Both the position numbers and the translations under genes were made by a program. Shown here piece by piece: positions 18,049-28,450 of a stretch of DNA of 64,000 nt. Each line of letters begins with the position of its first letter. The first letter of the stretch is position 1. The notes under the pieces are model-generated. The model searched no databases, was not told the DNA's origin, and worked only from the letters and a program-made list of their open reading frames with translations. The stretch is from positions 1 to 64,000 of the forward strand of contig NZ_MWQY01000001.1 in the NCBI RefSeq assembly GCF_002087085.1, written 5' to 3'.

Positions 18049-19407
18049 ATGACTGGATTACTGGATTTCCTGCGAAGACGGAAAGAGCCGATCGATTTTT
18101 CCGGGGGAGGGGAGGTGAACTGTCTGGAGTGCAGGAGAATCGAAGCGGAGGGAATTATCGCGTTTTTTCAGCGATTATCCGGCGGAAGACTTGATTTGAC
18201 ATCCGAACTTCCGGAAAACGATCCCCTTGCAGCGACGCTTAACGGACATGTCTCTTCCCTGGAACGCTTTTTCGCTTCCCTTATGGAAAACCTCGTTCAG
18301 GTAAGCGGTTCCGGCAGGTATCTGGAGCAACGGGTGGGAAAACTGTCCCGCCAGGCGGATACCCAGACCCACTCGGTGCGGGGGATCACCCGGGAGACGG
18401 ACAGACTGAACGAAGAGATCCATGCCCTGGCGGAACGGGTTTCCGGGTTTGCGGGACTTACGCAGGATTCCTTTAATGCTGCATCCGAAGGCTATTCCCT
18501 GAACGGTGAGTTCCAGATGAGACTGGAAAATCTGAAAGCCGGTATGCTTCGTACTATTGGAGCTGTGAACAGACTGACCGGTCTGCTGGACTCTGTAAAG
18601 TCCCTCACGGAAATTATCGATGAATCGGCGGAGTCGCTTCATCTGATATCCATAAACACAGCCATCGAGGCCGCCAGAGCCGGCGACCGGGGCTTCGGGG
18701 TGATAGCGACGGAACTGCGGGCTCTGGCCCGGCGCGCGGGCGAATCGGTCCGCGAGGTGGACCGTATTGTAAAATCCGTTCATGAAGAGATAAAGGCGGT
18801 CGACGGGGCAATAGAGGATTCCGCTTCTGTCATGGATATCCTGATCGGCGACTCCGAAAGGGTGGGAGAGTCCTTCGCCGGAATCAATGATTTCGCCCGC
18901 AAAGTGGAGGAGGAGGGGGTTTCCATAGCAGCTGAAATCCTGAAGCAGCGGGAAGGACTGGGATCTGTGGCCGCCGGGGTGCAGGTTATATTCCGGGCCA
19001 GTGAGGAGATTCAGGGGGAGGCGGAGAATACCGGAGCCGTGGCGACCCAGCTGAAAACCATTGTGGGGACAATTCTCGAGAAGACCGGGAGTCTTCGGCT
19101 CAGGCGGCATAAACGGGCAGTGGAGCTGGTTTATGCCATGGACAACCGGGGCAGGCAGGTGAGCTCGAATATTGTGAGCGATAAATATAAGGGCTCCGTG
19201 CGGGAACAGGGTTTTGGCGAGGACCGTTCACAGAAAGAGTATTTTTCGTCCCTTCAAGGGGGAGAAGGGGTCTATGTTTCGGATATCTATCTCTCCGATG
19301 CCAGCGGCAGGCTCTGTATAACCGTATCGGGATCGACCCTGAACCGGAAGGGCGACAGGCTCGCCGTCGCCCTGGACCTCAACCTCGAAGGCCTGCTGCG
19401 GGTCTGA
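18049..19407 (+). CDS. Soluble methyl-accepting chemotaxis-like protein with a C-terminal PDC/Cache-like domain, possibly degenerate
   Basis: SINTAIEAARAG..RGFGVIATELRALA signalling motif; no TM segment; C-terminal DRSQKEYF...YVSDIYLSDASGRLCITVS; AGGAGG upstream. Confidence 0.8.
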   Translation: MTGLLDFLRRRKEPIDFSGGGEVNCLECRRIEAEGIIAFFQRLSGGRLDLTSELPENDPLAATLNGHVSSLERFFASLMENLVQVSGSGRYLEQRVGKLSRQADTQTHSVRGITRETDRLNEEIHALAERVSGFAGLTQDSFNAASEGYSLNGEFQMRLENLKAGMLRTIGAVNRLTGLLDSVKSLTEIIDESAESLHLISINTAIEAARAGDRGFGVIATELRALARRAGESVREVDRIVKSVHEEIKAVDGAIEDSASVMDILIGDSERVGESFAGINDFARKVEEEGVSIAAEILKQREGLGSVAAGVQVIFRASEEIQGEAENTGAVATQLKTIVGTILEKTGSLRLRRHKRAVELVYAMDNRGRQVSSNIVSDKYKGSVREQGFGEDRSQKEYFSSLQGGEGVYVSDIYLSDASGRLCITVSGSTLNRKGDRLAVALDLNLEGLLRV

Positions 19408-19421
19408 TTCTTCCATCGGAA

Positions 19422-20975
19422 TTACCCCCGCCGGAAGTGCAGGGGATCTACCTCGTGTTTCTTGACCCTGAGGCCCATGATGCGCTCTGAAATCCCCAGA
19501 TGTCTGGCCGCCTTGGCCATGTTTCCTCTGGTGGATTTAAGGGCGTCCATAAGGAGCTCCCTCTCCAGTTTATCCAGGGCCTCCGGCAGGGTTGAACTCA
19601 GGGTGGTACTGGTGGATTCCGCGGACTGCAGGCTCGGCGGCAGGTGATGTCCGTGGATTACGTCCTCCGCGGCCAGCAGAACGGCCCGTTCTATGCAGTT
19701 TTCCAGCTCCCGCACGTTCCCGGGCCAGTGGTAACTCATGAGGAGTTCTATCGCCGAAGTTGATATGCGCTTTATGTGTTTATGGTTCTTTTCGCTGTAT
19801 TTCTCGATAAAATAGTCAGCCAGCAGGGTTATATCGGACTGCCGGTCCCGTAAGGGGGGGATGTGAATGGGAAATACATTCAGCCGGTAGTAGAGGTCCT
19901 CCCGGAAGTTTCCCAGCCCCATGAGGTCCTCCAGGTTGCGGTTGGTGGCGGCTACGATCCTGACATTGCAGTGAATCGTCGAATTGCCTCCTACCCGTTC
20001 AAATTCCCTCTCCTGCAGTACCCTCAGGAGCTTGACCTGGGTTGTGGGAGAGAGATCCCCGATCTCGTCCAGAAAGATGGTTCCGCCGTCAGCCTGTTCA
20101 AAGCGTCCCTTCCTTGTCTGGATCGCCCCGGTAAAGGCCCCTTTTTCGTGACCGAAGAGCTCGCTTTCAATGACCGTCTCCGGAAGGGCGGCGCAGTTGA
20201 CCTTTATAAAGGGCCGTTCCGCCCGCAGGCTGTTGTAGTGGATGGCATGGGCGACAAGCTCTTTTCCGGTGCCGCTTTCACCGCGGATAAGGACGGTTGC
20301 TTCGCTTTTCGATACCTGGGCAATGAGGTCGAAGACCTCCTGCATGGCCCGGGAGTTGCCTATGATATTGGCCGGACGAAAACGCTCCTCCAGTTCCTGC
20401 TGGAGCCGGCTGTTCTCTTCCATCAGCCTCTGCCGTTCCTCCTGGATGGAGCGGCGCAGCTTGACCGCCTGAGCGATCATGGATCCGATAATCGACAGAA
20501 GACGCAGATCCTCCTCGAGGCTGATGTTTATGGCGAAGAGACGGTCAACGCTCAGGGTTCCAATGGTCTCGTTGCCGATCTTTATGGGCACTATAATAAA
20601 AGAGACATCCTTCTTCTGGAGTTCATTCCGGGCACCGGTCTTGTTGAGAAACTGGGTATCGTTGTTTATGTTGGGGATTATCATCGGTTCTCCCCGTTCA
20701 ACTACCTTTCCGGTAATACCTTCGCCGATTTTGTATTTACCCCGTTCCTGCTGCTGCACGGAAAGCCCGTAGGAGGCTTCTATCCCGATTTCCCGGGTCT
20801 TGCGGTTCAACAGGGTGATTGTCCCCCGGAGCATGCCCATATTTTCAGCCATTGAACGAAGTACGGGATTAATGACATCCTTGAGATCGATGCTGCCGTC
20901 TAGAATACGGCTGATTTCAAAGAGTAACTGAAGCTCTTTTATCTTTCTGCGATAATGTTGCCTGTCTTCATCCAT
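19422..20975 (-). CDS. NifA-like sigma54-dependent activator (GAF-AAA+-HTH)
   Basis: GAF domain with [45 protein letters not shown]-terminal Fis-type HTH. Confidence 0.9.
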   Translation of the reverse strand: MDEDRQHYRRKIKELQLLFEISRILDGSIDLKDVINPVLRSMAENMGMLRGTITLLNRKTREIGIEASYGLSVQQQERGKYKIGEGITGKVVERGEPMIIPNINNDTQFLNKTGARNELQKKDVSFIIVPIKIGNETIGTLSVDRLFAINISLEEDLRLLSIIGSMIAQAVKLRRSIQEERQRLMEENSRLQQELEERFRPANIIGNSRAMQEVFDLIAQVSKSEATVLIRGESGTGKELVAHAIHYNSLRAERPFIKVNCAALPETVIESELFGHEKGAFTGAIQTRKGRFEQADGGTIFLDEIGDLSPTTQVKLLRVLQEREFERVGGNSTIHCNVRIVAATNRNLEDLMGLGNFREDLYYRLNVFPIHIPPLRDRQSDITLLADYFIEKYSEKNHKHIKRISTSAIELLMSYHWPGNVRELENCIERAVLLAAEDVIHGHHLPPSLQSAESTSTTLSSTLPEALDKLERELLMDALKSTRGNMAKAARHLGISERIMGLRVKKHEVDPLHFRRG

Positions 20976-21090
20976 TTACGAGAAGCTCCTTGCGGTCTGT
21001 CTTACAAAGATGTCTGCCGGTGTTGTGAATCGTACTATTTTGTAGGTTTTGGTGCAAGCCGTGGGAAGATGGATTTCTTTCACTTTTCTA

Positions 21091-21119
21091 TTGACAAAAA
21101 AAAGGGCTTTTGTTAGGTT
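21091..21119 (+). promoter_or_regulatory. sigma70 promoter for the tRNA-Thr/rpmG cluster
   Basis: TTGACA-17nt-TAGGTT with an extended TG. Confidence 0.7.
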
Positions 21120-21138
21120 GTTTCAACCTATCTGGTAT

Positions 21139-21211
21139 GCCCTTGTAGCTCAGTCGGTAGAGCACATCCATGGTAAGGATGGGGTCATCGGTTCAAGTCC
21201 GATCGAGGGCT
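21139..21211 (+). tRNA. tRNA-Thr(GGT)
   Basis: Cloverleaf; anticodon arm catcc-atGGTaa-ggatg; GGTTCAA T-loop; CCA not encoded. Confidence 0.96.
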
Positions 21212-21278
21212 GTAATTCTTGACTAAGTCGCGCATTAGGGCGTACTCTTTCCAATGCAAGGCGAGGAGACTGTAAAGA

Positions 21279-21455
21279 ATGGCAAAGGCAAAGAAAGGCG
21301 CTGTTGAGCTGGTAGCGCTTAAGTGCAGTGAATGTAATCGCAGGAACTATACAACCAGCAAGAACCGGCGCAATATTCAGGGCAAGCTCGAATTCAAGAA
21401 GTATTGCCGCTTCGATCGCAAGCATACGCTGCACGTCGAAACAAAGGTCAAGTAG
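21279..21455 (+). CDS. rpmG: 50S ribosomal protein L33
   Basis: Hand translation MAKAKKGAVELVALKCSECNRRNYTTSKNRRNIQGKLEFKKYCRFDRKHTLHVETKVK (below the ORF-track cutoff). Confidence 0.96.
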   Translation: MAKAKKGAVELVALKCSECNRRNYTTSKNRRNIQGKLEFKKYCRFDRKHTLHVETKVK

Positions 21456-21472
21456 GTTTATATCGGGAAATT

Positions 21473-21501
21473 GCGAACGGCCTTAAGGCCGTTCGTTTTT
21501 T
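21473..21501 (+). terminator. Intrinsic terminator-like hairpin after rpmG
   Basis: gcgaacggcc-ttaa-ggccgttcgt followed by a T run. Confidence 0.7.
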
Positions 21502-21512
21502 AATTAGTTCAC

Positions 21513-21586
21513 AGGCCAGTAGCTCCAATGGCTAGAGCGCCGGTCTCCAAAACCGGATGTTGCAGGTTCGAGTCCTGCCTGGCCTG
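21513..21586 (+). tRNA. tRNA-Trp(CCA)
   Basis: Cloverleaf; anticodon arm ccggt-ctCCAaa-accgg; usual position before secE. Confidence 0.96.
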
Positions 21587-21616
21587 TTTTTCGTTAACGA
21601 TTTTGAGGAGTAGGGG

Positions 21617-21796
21617 ATGAAGAGGCTTCTTCAGTTCTTTCGCGATAGCTATGCTGAACTCAGAAAGGTAGTGTGGCCCAGTAGAGAGGAAGTTGGATCT
21701 TCCACGAAGGTGGTAATTATTTCAACGATAATCTTTGCCGCCCTTCTGGGATTATTCGATTTCATCTTTACCGTAGGTCGCGATATAATTTTCTAG
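21617..21796 (+). CDS. secE: Preprotein translocase subunit SecE
   Basis: Hand translation contains ELRKVVWPSREE plus one TM; lies between tRNA-Trp and nusG. Confidence 0.95.
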   Translation: MKRLLQFFRDSYAELRKVVWPSREEVGSSTKVVIISTIIFAALLGLFDFIFTVGRDIIF

Positions 21797-21861
21797 TCTT
21801 TTCCCCATCCATGATGTATCCGTCCGTAAGGTTGGATGCAGTAAGGAACAGGTGATTAATA

Positions 21862-22416
21862 ATGGCGAAAGGTTGGTACGTTCTTCATACCTATTCGGGT
21901 TACGAGAATAAAGTTGAGCGCTATATCCGCAAGCTTATGGAAACCCCCGAAGTAGGTGATTACGTTTTTGACATCAAGATACCCTCGGAAGAGGTTGTCG
22001 AGGTAAAAGACGGAAAAAAGAAGACGATAAACCGCAAATTTCTTCCCGGATACATTCTTCTGGAGATGGATCTGCCTGATCGCGGGTGGAAGGCTGTCTG
22101 CTCCCATATCAGGAGAATTCAGGGAGTAACCGGATTCCTGGGTTCCATGACCGGTATGAAGCCGCAGCCCATAAGCTCTGAAGAGGCACGGGCGATACTT
22201 CAGAAGGCAGGAGATATCAGGTCCGAGAAGGTCGTACGGAACCGTCAGAGCTTCTCCGTGGGAGAGGCTGTGCGCATAACCGACGGGCCCTTTGACACCT
22301 TTACCGGTTCCATTGAAGAGGTGAATATGGAAAAGGCCCGGCTGAAGGTTATGGTCGGTATTTTCGGTCGTTCGACGCCTGTAGAGGTTTCCTTTACCCA
22401 GGTAGAAAAGATATAG
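21862..22416 (+). CDS. nusG: Transcription termination/antitermination factor NusG
   Basis: WYVLHTYSGYENKV, FLPGY and KOW motif GPF. Confidence 0.98.
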   Translation: MAKGWYVLHTYSGYENKVERYIRKLMETPEVGDYVFDIKIPSEEVVEVKDGKKKTINRKFLPGYILLEMDLPDRGWKAVCSHIRRIQGVTGFLGSMTGMKPQPISSEEARAILQKAGDIRSEKVVRNRQSFSVGEAVRITDGPFDTFTGSIEEVNMEKARLKVMVGIFGRSTPVEVSFTQVEKI

Positions 22417-22532
22417 TTATTGCTGATACGGGAGGCGGTCTGTCGAATTGTTGACGGGTGCCTCCTTTTGCTGTCTGTTCGCGGGTTTTGTCCCGGGCCG
22501 GACGCGCGTTGAGGGTTTCGCGTTGCGAAGCG

Positions 22533-22590
22533 GATGGGACCTCGTCTCTGTTTTTTCGATAAAACGGAAGCGGGGGTTTGTACCACGTTT
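22533..22590 (+). promoter_or_regulatory. Probable L1-binding autoregulatory leader of rplK-rplA
   Basis: tggga...long stem...taccac hairpin immediately before the rplK RBS, resembling L1 mRNA targets. Confidence 0.45.
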
Positions 22591-22604
22591 TTTAGGAGTT
22601 TACT

Positions 22605-23036
22605 ATGGCGAAGAAAAAGGTAACCGCAGTTATCAAGCTGCAGGTTCCCGCGGGTAAAGCGACTCCCGCACCGCCTGTCGGACCCGCCCTTGGGCCGCAT
22701 GGTGTGAGCGCTCCCCAGTTCGTGCAGCAGTTCAATGACCGCACGAAGAACTTTGAACCGGGTCTCACGATTCCGGTTGTCATCACGGTATTTGCCGACC
22801 GCAGTTTCAGTTTTATCACAAAAACACCACCTGCTGCGGTTCTCATCAAGAAGGCATGCAATCTTCAGAGCGGATCTGCCGAACCTCACAAGGTAAAGGT
22901 TGCGAAGATCTCCAAGGCCAAGCTGAAAGAGATCGCCGAGACGAAGATGCCCGATCTGAATGCCAACGATATCAATGCTGCCATGAAGATTATCGTAGGA
23001 ACGGCCCGCAGTATGGGCGTCGAAGTGGAAGCGTAG
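22605..23036 (+). CDS. rplK: 50S ribosomal protein L11
   Basis: [21 protein letters not shown]. Confidence 0.98.
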   Translation: MAKKKVTAVIKLQVPAGKATPAPPVGPALGPHGVSAPQFVQQFNDRTKNFEPGLTIPVVITVFADRSFSFITKTPPAAVLIKKACNLQSGSAEPHKVKVAKISKAKLKEIAETKMPDLNANDINAAMKIIVGTARSMGVEVEA

Positions 23037-23045
23037 GAGGCCGGC

Positions 23046-23717
23046 ATGAAACGGGGAAAGAAATATCAGGAAGCGCTGAAAAAATACGATAAGCAGAAGC
23101 ATTATTCGGTGGAAGAGGCCGTGGGGCTGCTCAAGGAGCTCTCCTACGCCAAATTTGACGAGACCGTGGAGGTTTCCATGCGGCTCAATCTGAAAAAGAG
23201 TCAGAATGTGCGGGATACCATGGTTCTGCCTCATCAGTTCACCGAAGAGAAGAAGATTCTGGTTTTTGCGAAGGGCGAAAAAGCAGAAGAGGCCAAAGCT
23301 GCCGGCGCCGCTTTTGTCGGCGATGATGACCTGATCGAAAAGATCCGGGGCGGCTGGCTGGATTTTGATGTTGCCGTGGCAACTCCGGATATGATGAAGG
23401 ATGTCGGGCGCCTCGGTCCGATCCTTGGTCGGCGGGGTCTTATGCCGAATCCGAAAACCCAGACGGTAACCTTCGATATTCAGGCCGCCCTTGCTGAGCT
23501 GAAAAAGGGAAGGGTCGAATTCAGGTCGGACAAAACCGGGGTTGTGCATCTTCCTGTGGGAAAGGTTTCCATGGACCCTGCACAGGTCTCCGAAAACGTC
23601 AAGGCGTTTATGGATGAGGTCGGAAAGCGGAAGCCCGCAGATATCAAGGGTGATTTCGTCAAGTCCGTAGCGGTTTCTTCTACCATGGGCCCGGGCGTCC
23701 GGGTAGAGTATAAGTAG
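23046..23717 (+). CDS. rplA: 50S ribosomal protein L1
   Basis: KFDETVE, GLMPNPK, STMGPG. Confidence 0.98.
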   Translation: MKRGKKYQEALKKYDKQKHYSVEEAVGLLKELSYAKFDETVEVSMRLNLKKSQNVRDTMVLPHQFTEEKKILVFAKGEKAEEAKAAGAAFVGDDDLIEKIRGGWLDFDVAVATPDMMKDVGRLGPILGRRGLMPNPKTQTVTFDIQAALAELKKGRVEFRSDKTGVVHLPVGKVSMDPAQVSENVKAFMDEVGKRKPADIKGDFVKSVAVSSTMGPGVRVEYK

Positions 23718-23732
23718 GGCTGGAGGAAGCAG

Positions 23733-24272
23733 ATGAGTGAGTATACGGTAAAGGTTCAGCAGCACAAAACGGAAGCTGTTGAAGCCCTGAAAAACCAGTT
23801 TAAAGATATATCTACCTACATCTTCACTGATTACCGTGGGTTGTCGGTGGAACAGATTTCCGAGCTGCGGGCCAAGTTGAGGGAGCAGCAGGCGCAATTG
23901 AAGGTTGTGAAAAACCGCTTTGCCAAGATCGCCCTCAAGGAGCTCGACCGCCCCGATGTTGGGGATATTCTGACCGGGCCTACAGCTGTTGCGCTCCCGG
24001 GGGATGAAGCAGGTCCCGTTGCCAAGACCCTGATTGATTTCGCCAAGGATACTCCCCTGGAGGTGAAAGGCGGCATTATCGAGGGTATGGTGTATGATTT
24101 TGCCCAGGTCGAGGCATTTTCCAAGCTGCCCACCAAGCTGGAGCTTATCTCCATGCTTATGAGTACCATGAAGGCGCCGGTCCAGAACCTGGCCCTGGTG
24201 CTGAATGCGGTGCCTCAGAAGCTTGTACGTACACTGCAGGCAGTGGCGGACAAAAAGCAGGCGGAAGGCTGA
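23733..24272 (+). CDS. rplJ: 50S ribosomal protein L10
   Basis: DYRGLSV, KVVKN, GPTA. Confidence 0.97.
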   Translation: MSEYTVKVQQHKTEAVEALKNQFKDISTYIFTDYRGLSVEQISELRAKLREQQAQLKVVKNRFAKIALKELDRPDVGDILTGPTAVALPGDEAGPVAKTLIDFAKDTPLEVKGGIIEGMVYDFAQVEAFSKLPTKLELISMLMSTMKAPVQNLALVLNAVPQKLVRTLQAVADKKQAEG

Positions 24273-24390
24273 TTGATTTAGATCCTTATGCAGGCCGACG
24301 GTATGTCGGTCCTTCGGATAAAGCGGCATTAGTCTTCTGTGATAGTCTGCTATTGCCGCAGAAATATTTATATTTAAAGGAGAAGGTAAT

Positions 24391-24780
24391 ATGGCTATCA
24401 CCAAAGATGAAATTTTAGAAACAATTGCGGGCATGAGCGTGCTTGAGGTTTCCGAGCTCGTTAAGGCTATGGAAGAGAAGTTCGGCGTAACCGCTGCGGC
24501 TCCCGTAGCTGTTGCTGCGGCTCCCGGCGCTGCTGCCGGTGGCGATGCTGCTGCCGAGGATGAGCAGACTGAGTTCGACGTAATCCTCAAGAGTGTAGCT
24601 GACGGAAAGAAGATTCCCGTTATCAAAGAGGTCCGCGCCATAACCGGTCTCGGTCTGAAAGAGGCCAAAGAGATCGTTGAGGCCGGCGACAAGGCCATCA
24701 AAGAGGGGGTTTCCAAAGAGGAAGCTGCCCAGATGAAGGAGAAGCTTGAAGCAGCAGGCGGCGTTGTTGAGGTTAAATAA
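24391..24780 (+). CDS. rplL: 50S ribosomal protein L7/L12
   Basis: [19 protein letters not shown]. Confidence 0.98.
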   Translation: MAITKDEILETIAGMSVLEVSELVKAMEEKFGVTAAAPVAVAAAPGAAAGGDAAAEDEQTEFDVILKSVADGKKIPVIKEVRAITGLGLKEAKEIVEAGDKAIKEGVSKEEAAQMKEKLEAAGGVVEVK

Positions 24781-24814
24781 CCTCCGGCCGGCAACCAATC
24801 ATCAATTTGCTCAA

Positions 24815-24844
24815 GATACCACCGGAAAAGTTTCCGGTGGTATC
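24815..24844 (+). terminator. Strong hairpin between rplL and rpoB (attenuator-like)
   Basis: gataccaccggaaa-ag-tttccggtggtatc perfect inverted repeat with a weak U tract. Confidence 0.55.
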
Positions 24845-24907
24845 GTATTGTCTATGCACAGGGCATCTGTTTGTGGTGCCTCAGATCTCGTACCTTAGGG
24901 GGGTAAG

Positions 24908-27900
24908 ATGCTGGATACTGGTAAAACCAGGAAACGTACCTATATCGGACAAGAGTTTCAGGAGGTGATGGAGCTTCCGAATCTTGTGGATATCCAGTTA
25001 TCGTCATATGAAAGATTTCTTCAGCGTGAAACCTTGCGAAACGGGCAGCCGCTGAAGGAGCAGGGTCTTGAAGAAGTGTTTCAAAGTGTATTCCCGATAG
25101 AGAGCCCCAACGGCGACATGCTGCTGGAATACACTCACTATACCCTTGACGAGGACGCGATCAAGCTCACTGAGCAGGAGTGCAAGCAGAAAGGGGTCAC
25201 CCTTGCTGTGCCCATAAAAGCCAGAATCAACCTGATCTTCCAGGAGACCGGTGAGATCCGCCAGAAGGATATTTACGTCGGCGATATTCCCCTCATGACC
25301 GACCGGGGCACCTTTATAGTAAATGGTGCCGAGCGGGTTGTAGTCAGCCAGATACACCGTTCTCCCGGCGTAATTTTCTCCCATGAAAAAGGGGTGTTTT
25401 CTTCCCGGATTATCCCCTACCGGGGTTCATGGCTTGAATTTGAAATAGACCAGAAGCGTGAGCTCATTTACGCCAAAATCGACCGCAAAAAGCGGATTCT
25501 CGGTACTCTGCTCTTACGGGCCCTCGGTTACTCCAGCAGGGAGCAGATCATCGATCTTTTCTACAAAACCGAGAAAGCTGAGGTTCTGGAGAGGGGCAAG
25601 GAGGCTCTGAACGGGCGTGTTCTTGCCAGGGCTGTCTATATCGGCGAGGGCGATGAGAAGCGCAAGCTTTACCGTGCCGGAGACAAGCTTCATCCCCATG
25701 ATGTTGACGAGCTTCTCCATTCAGGGGTTTCCGAGATAACTCTCATCAATTTCCGCGCCGAAGGATCCCTGGATTCACCGATTATTCTGAACTGTTTCGA
25801 GCGGGAAGAGGTCAAATTTACCCGTGCCGACGCGGACGTTGACGAACCGACCAAGGAAGATGCCCTGATCGCTGTCTATTCGGTGATCATGCCCGGCGAA
25901 CCTATCACCCTTGAAAGTGCTGAAAAGGATCTCAATTCCATGTTCTTTTCCAGCCGCCGTTACGATTTGGGCAAGGTCGGACGCTACAAGCTGAACAAGA
26001 AGTTCGATTATGATCCGCCGGTGGAGGAATTCACTCTTACCAGGGAGGATGTGGTCAACACCATGCTCTTCCTTATCAAGGTCTATATCGGCGACTCCTA
26101 TGTGGATGATATAGACCATCTCGGCAACCGGCGCATACGCTCCGTCGGAGAACTGATGGCTAACCAGCTCAAGACCGCTTTCAGTCGCATGGAGCGGATC
26201 GCAAAGGAGCGGATGAGTCTCAAGGAGACGGACACCGTTAAGCCCCAGGATCTGATTTCCATCAAGCCGATTGTGGCTGCCATCAAGGAATTCTTCGGTT
26301 CCTCCCAGCTTTCCCAGTTTATGGACCAGGTTAACCCCCTGGCGGAGCTGACCCACAAGCGGCGACTCAATGCCCTGGGGCCGGGAGGACTTTCCCGTGA
26401 CCGCGCCGGTTTCGAAGTCCGCGACGTACATTACACCCACTACGGGCGTATGTGCCCCATCGAAACCCCGGAAGGTCCGAATATCGGGCTTATTGTGTCC
26501 CTTGCCAATTATACCCGGGTCAACGAGTATGGTTTTCTTGAGGCCCCCTACAGAAAGGTAAAAGAGGGCGTTGCGACGGGGGATATCGAATATCTCTCCG
26601 CCATGGACGAAGAAAAGTACTTCATTGCCCAGGCCAATGCGCGCATCGACAAGGGCGGCAAATTTCTCGATGACACCATTTCCGTGCGCAAGGCCGGAGA
26701 CTATACCCAGAAGGGTGCCTCGGATATACAGTACATGGATGTGTCTCCCAAGCAGGTTATCTCCGTGGCGACATCGCTCATTCCTTTCCTGGAGCATGAC
26801 GACGCCAACCGTGCTCTGATGGGTTCGAACATGCAGCGTCAGGCAGTGCCTCTCGTTTTTACCGAACCCCCCAGGGTCGGGACTGGAATGGAGGGGAAAA
26901 CCGCCTATGATTCCGGCGTTCTGGTCAAGGCCCGCAGGGCGGGAACGGTGGAATATGTTACCTCCGAACAGATAATCATAAAGCTTGATGAGCCCTATAA
27001 TAATATAGAAAAGGACGTGTATCCTCTTCTGAAGTACCAGCGGACCAACCAGGATACCTGTTTCAATCAGCGGCCCATCGTGCAGGCCGGCCAGCATGTG
27101 GATGCCGGAGCGGTTCTGGCTGACGGTCCCGCAACCTCCGGCGGGGAGCTGGCCCTCGGGCGGAACGTGGTTGTCGGTTTCGTGCCCTGGAACGGGTATA
27201 ACTACGAGGACGCCATCCTTATTTCAGAAAAGGTGGTAAAGGAAGATATCTTTACCTCCATTCATATCAAAGAGTTCACCATAGATGTCCGGGAAACGAA
27301 GCTGGGGCCCGAAAAGCTTACCCGGGATATCCCGAATACTGCAGAAAAGGCCCTGGATCAGCTGGATGAAGAAGGCATAATACGGATCGGTGCCAAGGTC
27401 GGCTCGGGCTATATCCTGGTCGGCAAGGTGACCCCCAAGTCCGAAACCGAGACTACCCCCGAATTCAAGCTCCTTAACTCCATCTTCGGCGAGAAGGCCA
27501 AAGAGGTGCGGGATACCTCCCTGCGGGTGCCCCATGGTACCAGCGGTACGGTAATCGACGTACAGCGTCTCCGGCGCAGTGAAGGGGATGATCTTCCCCC
27601 CGGTGTGGATGAGGTCGTCAAGGTCCTGATTGCCGCAAAGCGTAAACTCAAAGAAGGCGACAAGATGGCGGGTCGCCACGGAAATAAAGGTGTCGTTGCC
27701 CGGGTATTGCCCGAGGAAGATATGCCCTTCATGGCCGACGGTACGCCTCTGGACCTCTGTCTGAATCCCCTGGGTGTACCCTCTCGTATGAACCTCGGAC
27801 AGATACTGGAAACCGAGCTTGGATGGGCGGCAAAGGCTCTGGATGAGTGGTATTCCACGCCGGTTTTCCAGTCCGCATCCACGGAAATGATAGAAAAGAA

Positions 27901-28402
27901 GCTTGCGGAAGCCGGTTTGCCCAGGAACTCGAAGACCGTACTCCATGACGGAAAAACCGGCGAAGCCTTCGAGAACCCCGTATTCTGCGGAATAATATAC
28001 ATGCTGAAGCTGCATCACCTTGTGGACGACAAGATGCACGCCCGATCAACCGGCCCCTATTCTCTGGTTACCCAGCAGCCTTTGGGCGGAAAAGCCCAGT
28101 TCGGCGGACAGCGGCTTGGAGAAATGGAGGTGTGGGCTCTGGAAGCCTACGGGGCCGCCAATACCCTGCAGGAGCTTCTTACCATCAAATCTGACGATAT
28201 GGCGGGAAGAGCGAAAATCTATGAGAGCATTGTAAAGGGTGAGCCTTCGTCGAATGCCGGGGTTCCCGAGTCCTTCAATGTGCTTGTTCAGGAGCTTCGG
28301 GGGCTTGCCCTGGATGTATCGATCTATGATTCCAAGGGTAAACAGGTTCCTCTCACCGAGAGGGACGAGGAACTGATCAGCCGGCAGGGGAGCCAGTTCT
28401 AA
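24908..28402 (+). CDS. rpoB: DNA-directed RNA polymerase subunit beta
   Basis: [30 protein letters not shown]. Confidence 0.99.
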   Translation: MLDTGKTRKRTYIGQEFQEVMELPNLVDIQLSSYERFLQRETLRNGQPLKEQGLEEVFQSVFPIESPNGDMLLEYTHYTLDEDAIKLTEQECKQKGVTLAVPIKARINLIFQETGEIRQKDIYVGDIPLMTDRGTFIVNGAERVVVSQIHRSPGVIFSHEKGVFSSRIIPYRGSWLEFEIDQKRELIYAKIDRKKRILGTLLLRALGYSSREQIIDLFYKTEKAEVLERGKEALNGRVLARAVYIGEGDEKRKLYRAGDKLHPHDVDELLHSGVSEITLINFRAEGSLDSPIILNCFEREEVKFTRADADVDEPTKEDALIAVYSVIMPGEPITLESAEKDLNSMFFSSRRYDLGKVGRYKLNKKFDYDPPVEEFTLTREDVVNTMLFLIKVYIGDSYVDDIDHLGNRRIRSVGELMANQLKTAFSRMERIAKERMSLKETDTVKPQDLISIKPIVAAIKEFFGSSQLSQFMDQVNPLAELTHKRRLNALGPGGLSRDRAGFEVRDVHYTHYGRMCPIETPEGPNIGLIVSLANYTRVNEYGFLEAPYRKVKEGVATGDIEYLSAMDEEKYFIAQANARIDKGGKFLDDTISVRKAGDYTQKGASDIQYMDVSPKQVISVATSLIPFLEHDDANRALMGSNMQRQAVPLVFTEPPRVGTGMEGKTAYDSGVLVKARRAGTVEYVTSEQIIIKLDEPYNNIEKDVYPLLKYQRTNQDTCFNQRPIVQAGQHVDAGAVLADGPATSGGELALGRNVVVGFVPWNGYNYEDAILISEKVVKEDIFTSIHIKEFTIDVRETKLGPEKLTRDIPNTAEKALDQLDEEGIIRIGAKVGSGYILVGKVTPKSETETTPEFKLLNSIFGEKAKEVRDTSLRVPHGTSGTVIDVQRLRRSEGDDLPPGVDEVVKVLIAAKRKLKEGDKMAGRHGNKGVVARVLPEEDMPFMADGTPLDLCLNPLGVPSRMNLGQILETELGWAAKALDEWYSTPVFQSASTEMIEKKLAEAGLPRNSKTVLHDGKTGEAFENPVFCGIIYMLKLHHLVDDKMHARSTGPYSLVTQQPLGGKAQFGGQRLGEMEVWALEAYGAANTLQELLTIKSDDMAGRAKIYESIVKGEPSSNAGVPESFNVLVQELRGLALDVSIYDSKGKQVPLTERDEELISRQGSQF

Positions 28403-28450
28403 ATTGATGGCGTACGTGAATGAAAGCAGGCTAAGCTTAGGAGAGTACCA

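Noticed and set aside
19422..20975. Assigning the gene symbol nifA
   Set aside because: Architecture fits, but no nif targets are visible; GAF-type sigma54 activators have other roles
21150..21434. 94-aa minus-strand ORF
   Set aside because: Antisense to tRNA-Thr and rpmG
22245..24794. 849-aa minus-strand ORF, and similar long antisense ORFs over rpoB, rpoC and tuf
   Set aside because: Antisense shadows of highly biased housekeeping genes; no motifs or RBS
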